DNA from: a bacterium
GTDB taxonomy: Bacteria > Electryoneota > Electryoneia > Electryoneales > Electryoneaceae
DNA length: 64,000 nt
NCBI GenBank assembly: GCA_963675295.2
Contig: CAXXKJ010000002.1
Coordinates: 1,024,001-1,088,000, forward strand
Direction of reading: 5' to 3'
A model generated the notes under the pieces. It made no database searches and was not told the origin of the DNA. It was given only the letters and a program-made list of their open reading frames with translations. Below are positions 46,079-55,587 of this stretch, piece by piece. Within the stretch, counting starts at the first letter, position 1, and every line of letters begins with the position of its first letter. The translations under genes and the position numbers were made by a program.

Positions 46079-47407
46079 CTATTTCAGCAGCACGACTTTT
46101 TGTGTCAGGCCGGAGATGCCGTCCACCTCGGCGTGGAGAAAGTATAATCCGCCCGCGATGTTATTGCCGCTGACCGCGAAGGTGTGCCGTCCCGGCGCGA
46201 GAAAGCCGTCATGGACACGGCGTACCTGCCGGCCGAGGGTATCGAACAGCGCCAGCTCGACGTGCGCCGGTTGCGGCAGATCGAGCACGCAACGCGTTGT
46301 TGCGTTGAACGGGTTCGGGCTTACGGGGTGCAGTTCGAAATGGTCGGGCAGAGTGCGTCGCAGGCCGTGTTCCGGTGCGGAGGTAATGTTGTAAAACACC
46401 GAGTCGAAAAACGCGAAGGTGTACGGGAACCGGTCCGCGAGCGCGTTGTTATGGTCGCCGGGGTGGATGTCAAAGCGGCAGTCGAGCCCCTGTGCAAGCA
46501 CGCTGTCAACGAACGCCGCCGCGACCTCATCCCACAGTTCGTCATCCTCGCCGACCTGGATGTAGATCGCCGGTTGTGTCGCGGGGGTGTGGTCGAGCGC
46601 GAGGTGCGGCGGGTCGTCGTTGACCCATTCGGGCCACACACCGGGGTCGATGTCGCCGTTGTTGTCGATCGGCAGATCGACGGGTTCGGGCTGATTGTTC
46701 AGGTTCGGCGAGAACGCCGCCGCCATGCTGAACAGCACCTCGGACCACACACCAGCGCTTGGCGAGTACGGTCCGGACCCGCCGTTTTCGTCCAGCACCC
46801 ACGGCGTGATGCCGTTGATGGTAGTTGTGAAGTCGATCACGCCACCATGTGTCCCGACCGCACGGAATACATCAGCATGACGGAGCGCGTTGGACAGCGC
46901 GCCGTACCCGCCCATCGAGTGTCCCATAATCGCGCGCTTGTTCGGATCAGCGCAGGTGTTGAAGGTATCGTCGGCCCAAGTAACGAGATCGTTCCAGACG
47001 TAGTCTGAATACGCGCCGTTGACCTCACTGTTGTTCCACCATGTCATCCCGCCGTAGTCGCCGAAGTTGCCGTCCGGCATCACGCAGATCACCGGATGGA
47101 TGTAGCCCTCGGGCGGTTCGCCGTCACCGGTCCAGGTGATGTCGTCGAGTATGTCGATCAGCATCGGGTAGCTGGCGGGGGTCGTGTAGCCGCCGTGCAG
47201 GAAGAAAACCGTCGGGTAGAGGGTCTCGGTGTCGTCCGGATCATACCCTTCGGGCAGGTAGGTAGTGATTTGTTTCAACGAGGTCAGGGACGGCATCCAA
47301 ATCAGGTCGGACTGAACCGTCCCCTCGGCCAGCACACCGCCGGCAAACGCAAATGTCAAGGTCAGGCACAACAGAGCAACCGTCAACGCGCGCATCATTT
47401 CCCCCAT
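46079..47407 (-). CDS. Secreted esterase (alpha/beta-hydrolase) with T9SS-type CTD
   Basis: YLPEGY, YPTVFFLHG, GHSMGG, G.DD, PGDH motifs; PNPFN...KVVLLK. Confidence 0.85.
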   Translation of the reverse strand: MGEMMRALTVALLCLTLTFAFAGGVLAEGTVQSDLIWMPSLTSLKQITTYLPEGYDPDDTETLYPTVFFLHGGYTTPASYPMLIDILDDITWTGDGEPPEGYIHPVICVMPDGNFGDYGGMTWWNNSEVNGAYSDYVWNDLVTWADDTFNTCADPNKRAIMGHSMGGYGALSNALRHADVFRAVGTHGGVIDFTTTINGITPWVLDENGGSGPYSPSAGVWSEVLFSMAAAFSPNLNNQPEPVDLPIDNNGDIDPGVWPEWVNDDPPHLALDHTPATQPAIYIQVGEDDELWDEVAAAFVDSVLAQGLDCRFDIHPGDHNNALADRFPYTFAFFDSVFYNITSAPEHGLRRTLPDHFELHPVSPNPFNATTRCVLDLPQPAHVELALFDTLGRQVRRVHDGFLAPGRHTFAVSGNNIAGGLYFLHAEVDGISGLTQKVVLLK

Positions 47408-47532
47408 GATCGTGGTTGCGTTCAGGCGGAGTCCACATCTCCGCCATTGTGATCATGGGACGGAGTTCGCGTTTTCCCGGTTACTCCGAAGAGTCGACTT
47501 GATGAAGCTGCTTCAACAGAACGCTGTACCGG

Positions 47533-50073
47533 TCATTTCAACAACATCAGCTTACTGATTTGCTGATCTCTTTCATTCACTGCTTTGACAAAATACATGC
47601 CGCTAGGCAGGGTCGAACCGTCAATCGACAACGTGTGACGGCCTGCGGACAGGTGGCTGTCTGCAATGTCGAGCACATGCTGCCCGAGCACGTTGAACAG
47701 GGCGACCGAAATCTGGCTGGACCGTGGGAGGGTCAATTCAATCGTAGTGCTGGCGTTGAAAGGATTCGGAAAAGGCTTGCCCAACGACCATGAAGTTGGC
47801 AGGATTTGGTTCCCGAGGTCGGTTGCGGCCGGCGGGAAGGCCATCGTCAACGGCCAGTCTGCGGCGTTAACGTCCAGGTCTGCCGACCGCAGCACTCCTA
47901 GCTTGGAAAACTGAAAGCTATCCTGGACTTGCAGTTGCGGATGGTTGACGAATCCGGCACTGAGGGTGAACTGATAGGTACCAGCGGGCGCAATCGCCGG
48001 AATGGTTTGTGTGGCACCAACAACGTGAAGATCCGCATAGGCTGGCAGGGTAAAACGGAAATCCGGTGCAAACTGAATATCCTGGCCATTCGGCAGTCGC
48101 AACGATCTCCAGATAGCCACACTCGGCTGTGGTGAATCAAGGGCGGAAATCAGATGGACATCAAACTCAATTTCTCCGCCTTCTTCCGGTACTTCATTCA
48201 CAGTCGGATCCAGGTTCAAACGAACGGGGGCCGTATCACGATCGACGTAAAACGTCACATCGTCAACGCCCCACCTTCCCCTGGAGTAGTTGTTATTCAC
48301 ATCGTAGAAATACCAACTGATCAAGATGGATGATTCATTTTGCACCCTGTCCGATATGTCGAGAATCTCATTCGTTATGATATCGTCCGGGTACTCGATG
48401 ATCGTATCCCAGCTTTCGCCTCCGTCATTCGACCATTGGACCAGATGGTTTTCACCGTTATTCCAGGAGGTTTGATCAAAAAGCAGCAACACCTGTTGTG
48501 CGTCGCTGACGTCGATTTCCGGAGTGATCAGGCGTTCGAAATAGTCATTCAGCTGGCTGCCTGGCGCTGCGTCCATCAGCATGTACGGTGTCGGATAGTA
48601 GGCATGTTCGCTTCCATCGTCGATATGCCAGGTCACAGTGGCGACGGTGAATTCAATCGACCAAGTCAAAGGCAATCCATCATCAAAGGTTTCATCGAGT
48701 TCAAGTTTCAGTGGGTCGGGGTACAGTTCCGTGATTGGATCCAACAGTTCCGATTCACCGTCCGAATACATCGCTGTCACGTTCCAGTCGTGGAGTCCAT
48801 ATTCCTCAGACGAATCCACGTACTCCAGCTCCAGGGAGGTAGCGATCAGGAAACCATCTCGATAGATGCGATAGTTAATGAATTCGGGATCTTCACCGGG
48901 CGCGGCACTCCATGCGAGCAGCATTCCGTCATCCAAGCGGTTGACTTCGAGGTCAATGGGTTGCTGGGGACGCAGAAACACCATTTCAAGCCAGACGAGG
49001 TCATTGTCATCTCGCAATGGGACTGCCAGATCCAAATCACCATCAGCATCGATATCGCCGGAATCGAACCTTCCCGCATCCGTGAATGGTGGAGTTACAG
49101 CTACCTGACGCCATTGGTCGCCGGTTCCGGGATTGTTGAAGTAGAGCATTTGCGAGATCGTTCGTGTGATCACATCCGGGAAAGAGTCACCATCTACATC
49201 ATAGACCGCAAGATTTTGATATCCTTCGTTGATCGCGATTTCGTGATTAATCCACGTGTTCCCTGTTCCATCCACATTTTCGAACCAACGGAGCCCGGCT
49301 TTGGCCGCGAAAGCGTCCAGATCCCCGTCGAGGTCAACATCTGCGGCGGCGACATCATAGACAGGATGTGAAATGTCTTCGATCACATTCCTCGTAAAGC
49401 CCTGGGCACCATCATTTTCGTACCAGTACAGTGCGCGTGATGATATCGTCGCGAACACATCCAGGTCGCCATCGAGGTCGATATCGCCAACGGAAAACCC
49501 GTTTGGATTATCGTTCAACTCATCGCCGACGTCGTCGATGAGATGGCGGTTGAAGGCACCGGTTCCGTCATTGTCCCACCAGTAGATGATACCTAGTCCG
49601 TATGCGGTACCCAGAATGTCCTGATCGGCATCCTGATCGAGGTCAGATATGACCAGCCAGCGGGGATTGTCTATGTCCTCGTCTACAAAATGCTGTTCCC
49701 AATTCAGCCCGTCACCGTTAAGGTTTTCAAACCAGACGACCTTGTTCAGGATGCGGCTGTCACAAACGACATCATTGTCACCATCATTGTCGAGATCGAC
49801 ACCCCAGATGCTGTAGACACCGTCGATCTCATCGTTGACTTCATGTCGTACCCAGGACTGCCCCTGCCCGTCCTCATTTTCCCACCACGTAATGGGACCA
49901 GCCTGCTGGCCGATCGCGAGAATATCCTTGTCGCCATCCATATCGATGTCAGCAACAGATGCGATTTCAACATCCGGGTAGTAGGTCGTAATGTCGTGGG
50001 CAATCCAGCTTACTGCGGAAGCAGAGGATGCGAGCAAAATGAGCGAGATCAGGATCATCGGAACGGATTTCAT
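47533..50073 (-). CDS. FG-GAP/VCBS-repeat secreted protein with T9SS-type CTD
   Basis: Seven D.D.DGD.D...W.EN repeats; FPNPFN...KLMLLK. Confidence 0.85.
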   Translation of the reverse strand: MKSVPMILISLILLASSASAVSWIAHDITTYYPDVEIASVADIDMDGDKDILAIGQQAGPITWWENEDGQGQSWVRHEVNDEIDGVYSIWGVDLDNDGDNDVVCDSRILNKVVWFENLNGDGLNWEQHFVDEDIDNPRWLVISDLDQDADQDILGTAYGLGIIYWWDNDGTGAFNRHLIDDVGDELNDNPNGFSVGDIDLDGDLDVFATISSRALYWYENDGAQGFTRNVIEDISHPVYDVAAADVDLDGDLDAFAAKAGLRWFENVDGTGNTWINHEIAINEGYQNLAVYDVDGDSFPDVITRTISQMLYFNNPGTGDQWRQVAVTPPFTDAGRFDSGDIDADGDLDLAVPLRDDNDLVWLEMVFLRPQQPIDLEVNRLDDGMLLAWSAAPGEDPEFINYRIYRDGFLIATSLELEYVDSSEEYGLHDWNVTAMYSDGESELLDPITELYPDPLKLELDETFDDGLPLTWSIEFTVATVTWHIDDGSEHAYYPTPYMLMDAAPGSQLNDYFERLITPEIDVSDAQQVLLLFDQTSWNNGENHLVQWSNDGGESWDTIIEYPDDIITNEILDISDRVQNESSILISWYFYDVNNNYSRGRWGVDDVTFYVDRDTAPVRLNLDPTVNEVPEEGGEIEFDVHLISALDSPQPSVAIWRSLRLPNGQDIQFAPDFRFTLPAYADLHVVGATQTIPAIAPAGTYQFTLSAGFVNHPQLQVQDSFQFSKLGVLRSADLDVNAADWPLTMAFPPAATDLGNQILPTSWSLGKPFPNPFNASTTIELTLPRSSQISVALFNVLGQHVLDIADSHLSAGRHTLSIDGSTLPSGMYFVKAVNERDQQISKLMLLK

Positions 50074-50224
50074 GAATACACTCCCAGACTATTCGTCAAA
50101 TTCATCCAAGAGCTAATCTAGCGGTATTTCTCGATTCAGGCAACAAATTCAGTTCTTTATTTCATTTCACGTCGCTTGCTATGAAAACGCATACTGCAGC
50201 TTCGCTGGGATTACCCGATGTTTA

Positions 50225-50761
50225 TCAAACACTGTCACGGATTCGTGCGACCTGCTTCAGGTGAAGCTCGTCATGCGAGGCGAGGATATGGAAACCCAGC
50301 GCGACGGACTGCGGGCCCATTTCTGAGTGAACATATTCCCGGCGTCGAAACTCTTCCGGCAGAGCGGCATACCACGCGGACGTGTCTTCTGCTTGCGTGT
50401 GGTAAGCGGAAATCGCGCACTGCGGATCGAGGTTCCAGTAATCGAGCGCCTTCGCCCAGTCATCGGCGCTGACGGATGGAACTTGGGGCCGGTCGACCAC
50501 GCACGCCAGCTTCATCCGGTAGACGAAGGTCAGCTCGGTGTCGGCGAGGTGGCGGAAGACGCCGGCGATGGACCATTTGCCCGGCTTCTCCGGCATGGTC
50601 AACTGCTGGTCGGTGAGGCCCTGGACGAGGTCACGGTAGCGTGCCCACGCCTGCTGTCGGACAGTCAGCGGATCTCGTCCGGCGAGATTGTCGATGTGAA
50701 ACTGGACGTATTTGATAAACGGGCCAGCCCCGACCGCGTCCGTAACGTTGTACTCATTCAT
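50225..50761 (-). CDS. DinB/YfiT-family protein
   Basis: PGKWSI....HLADTE and H...H..Q metal-binding motifs. Confidence 0.8.
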   Translation of the reverse strand: MNEYNVTDAVGAGPFIKYVQFHIDNLAGRDPLTVRQQAWARYRDLVQGLTDQQLTMPEKPGKWSIAGVFRHLADTELTFVYRMKLACVVDRPQVPSVSADDWAKALDYWNLDPQCAISAYHTQAEDTSAWYAALPEEFRRREYVHSEMGPQSVALGFHILASHDELHLKQVARIRDSV

Positions 50762-50783
50762 GGATGTGTCCTCGAAATCCGGA

Positions 50784-51434
50784 TCACTGGAACGGGAACC
50801 AGACGAACACGGCGGCGTCCCAGAGTGCATGACTGACCAGTCCCGGGCCGATGTGGCCGATGCGCATGTACATCAGGCCCCAGAAGATGCCGGCGACCAG
50901 TGCGGCTGCGATCAGGGTCAGGTTCATGCTCGGGATATGGATCGCGGTGTAGAAGAAGGTGGCGATCACGAAGCCTCTCTGCGGGCCGTATTTGTTCATC
51001 AACGCCCGTTGCACCCACGCCCGCCAGAACAATTCTTCGCCCGGGCCGATGGGGAACAGCAAGAGCGTCCCGATCAGGTTCGGCGCGGCCTGGGCCTTGG
51101 TGGAATAGACATTCTCGACCTGTTGCTCGCCCATGAACGGGAGCACGGCGACCAGCTCATTCCCGATCCAGAAGATGGCGTACAACGCGGCCGATCCGAC
51201 GAGGCCGACGACCACATAGCTCAGCCACAGTTTTCCGCTGGCGCGGTACGTGTCCGGGTAGACAATCGACGCTCCAATGACGCCGAGGGTCAGCGTCGCC
51301 GGGGCGATCAACGCCCAGAAGTTGACACCGGGCACGGCGAACAGGAAATACCAGATCACCGCCGCGGCTGCCACGGCGATCCAGGTGAGTACCAGTCCGC
51401 CACGTGGCGGAGTGAGGGGGGTGACGGGTTGCAT
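50784..51434 (-). CDS. CPBP (CAAX/Abi) intramembrane glutamic endopeptidase
   Basis: GEELFWR, F...H and SHALWD motifs; multiple TM helices. Confidence 0.85.
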   Translation of the reverse strand: MQPVTPLTPPRGGLVLTWIAVAAAAVIWYFLFAVPGVNFWALIAPATLTLGVIGASIVYPDTYRASGKLWLSYVVVGLVGSAALYAIFWIGNELVAVLPFMGEQQVENVYSTKAQAAPNLIGTLLLFPIGPGEELFWRAWVQRALMNKYGPQRGFVIATFFYTAIHIPSMNLTLIAAALVAGIFWGLMYMRIGHIGPGLVSHALWDAAVFVWFPFQ

Positions 51435-51543
51435 GGTCAGTCTCGAGTCTCTTGTTGCTAGTACTTGGTCTCTGGTCTCTCGTGACCAGGTGTCTTTCCG
51501 TGCGAAGTGCGGGGTATCCAGATTGTCAACACTTGGAAAGCAC

Positions 51544-51634
51544 GTCATTCTGAACGAAGTGAAGAAGATCCGGCTTATTTTACCGTTAGTTAATCTGGAC
51601 CTTCTTCATTCCACTTCGTTCCATTCAGAATGAC
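51544..51634. mobile_element. MITE-like palindromic element, 91 bp
   Basis: Terminal IR GTCATTCTGAA/TTCAGAATGAC; inner IR TGAAGAAGATCCGG/CTGGACCTTCTTCA; 7-nt-period tracts on both sides. Confidence 0.65.
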
Positions 51635-51662
51635 ACACATACTGCAGCCTGCCGACCGCAGC

Positions 51663-52115
51663 CTATTGCCTGCAGCTAACGATTTCAATCACCCGCCGGT
51701 CGAGGTCGGTCTCGTCCGGGGTGATGGTGATCCGCCACGTCGCAGCCTCATCCAGTTCGGGAATCCGGTCAGCCCATTCGACGAGCAGCACGCCGCCCTC
51801 TTCGCGGATATCGTCCAACCCGAGCGCGACGAGTTCGTCCGGATCGCTAAGGCGGTAGACGTCCGCGTGGTGTACCGGCGGCGTGGTCGGGTACGGGTTG
51901 ATCAGGGTAAAGGTCGGGCTGCGCACCCGTCCGGCGTACCCCATCGCACGCATGACTCCGCGCACGAAGGTGGTCTTTCCCGCACCGAGCGGTCCGAGCA
52001 GCGAAACCAGGTCGCCGGGCCGCAATGTGTCCGCAAACTCCGCTGCGAGTTGATGGGTCGCGGCTTCCGAATCGATGTGATGGGTCCCGCAGAGCATGGA
52101 TGCATCCTTTTTCAC
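51663..52115 (-). CDS. tsaE: tRNA threonylcarbamoyladenosine biosynthesis ATPase
   Basis: GPLGAGKTTF, VRSPTFTL, H.DVYRL, VEWAD motifs. Start may be the ATG at 52097. Confidence 0.92.
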   Translation of the reverse strand: MKKDASMLCGTHHIDSEAATHQLAAEFADTLRPGDLVSLLGPLGAGKTTFVRGVMRAMGYAGRVRSPTFTLINPYPTTPPVHHADVYRLSDPDELVALGLDDIREEGGVLLVEWADRIPELDEAATWRITITPDETDLDRRVIEIVSCRQ

Positions 52116-52235
52116 GTTCGCAAGTATACAACAGGAAAGCGCGCTCCGGGATAAGCAATCCTAACTCCTCAAGCCATTGGATCGAAGGGCTTAATAGTGT
52201 ACTTTTGACCGTTTCATGACAACGGAACCCCCTGC

Positions 52236-53534
52236 ATGGCTCAGAAAGACACCCGCTCTCCAGGTAAGAAGACCACGTCACGCGACCCGATCTCCCGGAT
52301 CTGGGATACGCTGAAATCCATGAAGTTCGCGATCATTCTGTTGCTGGTGATCACTGCGTTGACAGTGGTCAACCTGTTCGCGAATGAATTCATCGTGCCG
52401 GTGCGTGGCGGCGAACCCGGTATGGCGTATTCCGTCTACAACCAGGAGTATGGCGAACCGCGCGCGACCATCCTGACGATGCTGCAGATGTACTCGCCGT
52501 ATCGATCATGGTGGTACAGCGGCCTGCTCGGTTTGCTCACGCTGTCGTTGCTGGTCTGCGTTATCGACCGGACGGGACTGGTGTGGAAACTTGTCACGGG
52601 TACGCGATTCATCGCGGCGGAGAGTCAATACGACGGGCACGATCACTACGCGGAGTTGAAGGGTGACTCCGGGATGAAGGAGCGTGCGCTCGAAGCGATC
52701 CGTAAAGCCGGTTTTGCGGTCAACACCAAGGACACGTCGAAGGCGACGCTGGTTCATGGACGGCGGGCAGCCATCGCGCATTCCGGCGCCTATATCGTTC
52801 ACATCGGGTTCATCCTGCTGGTGATCGGCGGGGCGTTGATTGCGCGCGGTCAGTACCGTGAGCATGTCTCCGGCCTGCCCGGCGACCTGCTCGCGGCGGA
52901 CGAAAGCGCGTGGGGATTCAACGTTCGCGTCAACGATTTCGTAATCGAGTACTATCCGTTGCGTGATGGGCAGTATGTCTCTGTGGACGGCGGCCAGCGT
53001 GTCGGCCGGATCGACGACATGATGCCGGACAGCACGGCGAACGTGGAAATCCTCTGGCCGTCGCGTGGCTTCGAGGAAGGGGTCACGTTGGACCGGCTGA
53101 CCAACCGCATTGACCGCCGGTTTGGCGGGGGACGGCTGGACCAGTCGAACATTGCCGACTACATCGCAGACCTGACCGTGATCGAGAACGGGCAGGAAGT
53201 GATGAACAAGACCATCGAGGTGAACGCTCCGTTGCGCTACAACGGGTATCGTTTCTACCAGTCCTCGTTTAACGACACACGTACCGATGCGAACGGCACG
53301 TGGACGACGGTGATCGAGGTCCGCAAGGACAGCGGGTCGCCGTTTGTCTGGGCCGGAATCATCGTTGTCAGCATCGGCCTGATGCTCGGCTTGTATCTCG
53401 CCCCGCGCGACATCTTCGCCCGGATTGAAGAGGATGAAGGCGGGACACGTGTCCTGCTCGCGGGAGTCTCGAAGGGCCGAGCCGCGGAGTTCGAGCAACA
53501 GTTCCAAACGATGGTGCAGCGCATCCAAGCGTAA
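52236..53534 (+). CDS. resB: Cytochrome c biogenesis protein ResB/Ccs1 (system II)
   Basis: SMKFAI.LL, Y.SWWY, C...R, YIVHIG, IEVNAPLRYNGYRFYQSS, D.G.P.VW.G motifs. Confidence 0.85.
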   Translation: MAQKDTRSPGKKTTSRDPISRIWDTLKSMKFAIILLLVITALTVVNLFANEFIVPVRGGEPGMAYSVYNQEYGEPRATILTMLQMYSPYRSWWYSGLLGLLTLSLLVCVIDRTGLVWKLVTGTRFIAAESQYDGHDHYAELKGDSGMKERALEAIRKAGFAVNTKDTSKATLVHGRRAAIAHSGAYIVHIGFILLVIGGALIARGQYREHVSGLPGDLLAADESAWGFNVRVNDFVIEYYPLRDGQYVSVDGGQRVGRIDDMMPDSTANVEILWPSRGFEEGVTLDRLTNRIDRRFGGGRLDQSNIADYIADLTVIENGQEVMNKTIEVNAPLRYNGYRFYQSSFNDTRTDANGTWTTVIEVRKDSGSPFVWAGIIVVSIGLMLGLYLAPRDIFARIEEDEGGTRVLLAGVSKGRAAEFEQQFQTMVQRIQA

Positions 53535-53550
53535 ACGGTGGAGATTGTTG

Positions 53551-54090
53551 ATGAATGGCAAGGCGATCGCGTTTATCGTAATCGTGGTGGTGGTCGGTCT
53601 GGCGATCTGGTTGCTGCCGGGGAACAACGAACCCGAGGGACCGGCGTCGGTTCCGCAGAACCGGATGATGTCGCAAACGTCACAACAGCAGGCGCATCAA
53701 CACGCCGACCTGCCCCAGATCGACTCGTTGAAGGTATCGGTTCAGGACAGCACCGGAACTGATCTGGCGACTCTGGTGTTGACGCCGGATGAGGCCGTCA
53801 CGCTACCAGGCACGGATTATTCGCTGAAGCTTACCGATTTCTATACGCATTTCATGATGGAAGATGCCGGGCCTGTGAACGTTTCTCCGCATCCGGAGAA
53901 TCAGGCCGCGCGCATCGAGATTTATGACGGCGATGAACTCGTCGACTATACGTGGACCTTTGAGAAAGTGCCGTTTTTCCGCATGAGTGGCATGGGAGGT
54001 CCGCATGACGGTGCCTCGACCGGTCTGGCATTTGCCGTGGTCGACGTGTACGGTCTCGATGCACCACACGCTGAGTCCCCCAACCCGTAA
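53551..54090 (+). CDS. Membrane-anchored periplasmic protein within the ccs operon
   Basis: N-terminal TM helix; DFYTHF......S..PEN.AA.IEI resembles a ResB periplasmic subdomain; GGAG RBS. Confidence 0.6.
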   Translation: MNGKAIAFIVIVVVVGLAIWLLPGNNEPEGPASVPQNRMMSQTSQQQAHQHADLPQIDSLKVSVQDSTGTDLATLVLTPDEAVTLPGTDYSLKLTDFYTHFMMEDAGPVNVSPHPENQAARIEIYDGDELVDYTWTFEKVPFFRMSGMGGPHDGASTGLAFAVVDVYGLDAPHAESPNP

Positions 54091-54098
54091 GGTTATCG

Positions 54099-55421
54099 AT
54101 GGAACGTCTGGACGCAATTTTGTACGGGGTATCGTTTTACGCGTATCTCGTATCGTTTGTTCTTTTCATTCTGCACATCGCGCTGAAGAAAGATGTGCTC
54201 GGCAAGGTGGCGACGGGCCTCGGCGCGGTCGGCCTGTTACCACACACAGCGGCGATTATCGCTCGTGGCATTCAGCAGGGCCACGTGCCGTTGGCCAACA
54301 TGTACGAGTACATGGGGCTGATGGCGTGGATGGTCGTGCTTGGCTTGATCATCTTCATTATCCGTTACCGCAACACGCGAATCGGTGTGTTCATGATGCC
54401 GATTGCGGTGATGCTGCTGGTGACGGCGAGTTTGTTACCGTCGGATGTAAACCGTCAGTTGATGCCGGCGTTGCAGTCGACGTGGCTCGCGATTCACGTC
54501 TCGCTGGCGGCGCTGGGTTCGGGATCGTTCCTGATCTCGTTCGCGGCGGCGGCGCTTGTGTTGCTGACCTCAGGGTCGGACAGCGACAAGCTGCACAGCG
54601 CGAAGGTGAAGGAGCTGAAAGCGTTCTCGTGGCTTGAGTTCGGTCTCTTCTGGATCGGCCTGCCGCTGGTCGTGTGGTTGCTGCTCAGCATTGCCGGGCT
54701 GCTTCCGCCGCAGGTGAACATCGCCATGGCCGGGAATCAGCAGGGCGCGTTCACCTCGTTCGCGGTCGGCAAGGGCATGGACGCCAGCCTGCTTGGTGGA
54801 CTGGCGATCGGGCTGGGGATCGGGCTGGTGGTGACGGCTATCGCGTGGCCATTCATCCATTTCCGGCTGCCGCTGAAGATGCGTGGCAACGGGATGCACG
54901 AATTCATGACGATTGTGCTGGCGCTGTTGTTGTCCGCGATCCTTGCCGGATTCCTGGTCAAGAACGGGTCGATCACGCTGACGCCGCGCAGCTACCTCAA
55001 GATCTTCGAGTTCTTCGGGCCGGTGTTGGTGCTGAGCTGGGTTCTGACGCCGATCGTGCACGTGGTGATCGGCTCGAGTGCGGCTGGTTGGTTGCCGAAG
55101 ATGGGTGTCGCGCGTCCGGTGCTGCAGGAGATCTCGTACGCTTCGGTCGCGATTGCGTATCCGCTGTACACCGTCGGCGCGCTGTTCGCCGGTGCGATCT
55201 GGGCGGAACAGGCGTGGGGAACCTGGTGGAGCTGGGACCCGAAGGAAGTCGGCGCGTTGATCATCTGGCTGTTCTACACTGTCTTCCTGCACGCCCGCTA
55301 TCAGCGTAAGTGGTCGGGTGACCGTGCGGCGGTGTTGCTGGTGCTCGGAATGCTGTTTGTCTTCATCAGCTTCTTCGGGAACTACTTCTTCGGTGGGTTG
55401 CACTCGTTTGAGGTGACCTGA
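54099..55421 (+). CDS. ccsA: Cytochrome c biogenesis protein CcsA/ResC (system II)
   Basis: GHVPLANMYE, LMPALQS.WL.IHV, GAIWA..AWG.WWSWDPKE (WWD domain), GLHSF. Confidence 0.92.
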   Translation: MERLDAILYGVSFYAYLVSFVLFILHIALKKDVLGKVATGLGAVGLLPHTAAIIARGIQQGHVPLANMYEYMGLMAWMVVLGLIIFIIRYRNTRIGVFMMPIAVMLLVTASLLPSDVNRQLMPALQSTWLAIHVSLAALGSGSFLISFAAAALVLLTSGSDSDKLHSAKVKELKAFSWLEFGLFWIGLPLVVWLLLSIAGLLPPQVNIAMAGNQQGAFTSFAVGKGMDASLLGGLAIGLGIGLVVTAIAWPFIHFRLPLKMRGNGMHEFMTIVLALLLSAILAGFLVKNGSITLTPRSYLKIFEFFGPVLVLSWVLTPIVHVVIGSSAAGWLPKMGVARPVLQEISYASVAIAYPLYTVGALFAGAIWAEQAWGTWWSWDPKEVGALIIWLFYTVFLHARYQRKWSGDRAAVLLVLGMLFVFISFFGNYFFGGLHSFEVT

Positions 55422-55587
55422 TCGACGGGGAGTTGGCGACTGATTGTCAGGGGCGGCCGGAATCGGCTGTCCCTTTTGTCTGTGGTGGATTGCCGGCCTC
55501 TGAGAGTTTTGTTCGGAGACGGTGAGGGTAACATTCTGATTCTCGCGGTACTTGCGGGAAAAATTGTGTACCTTGGCTTGGATTTGT

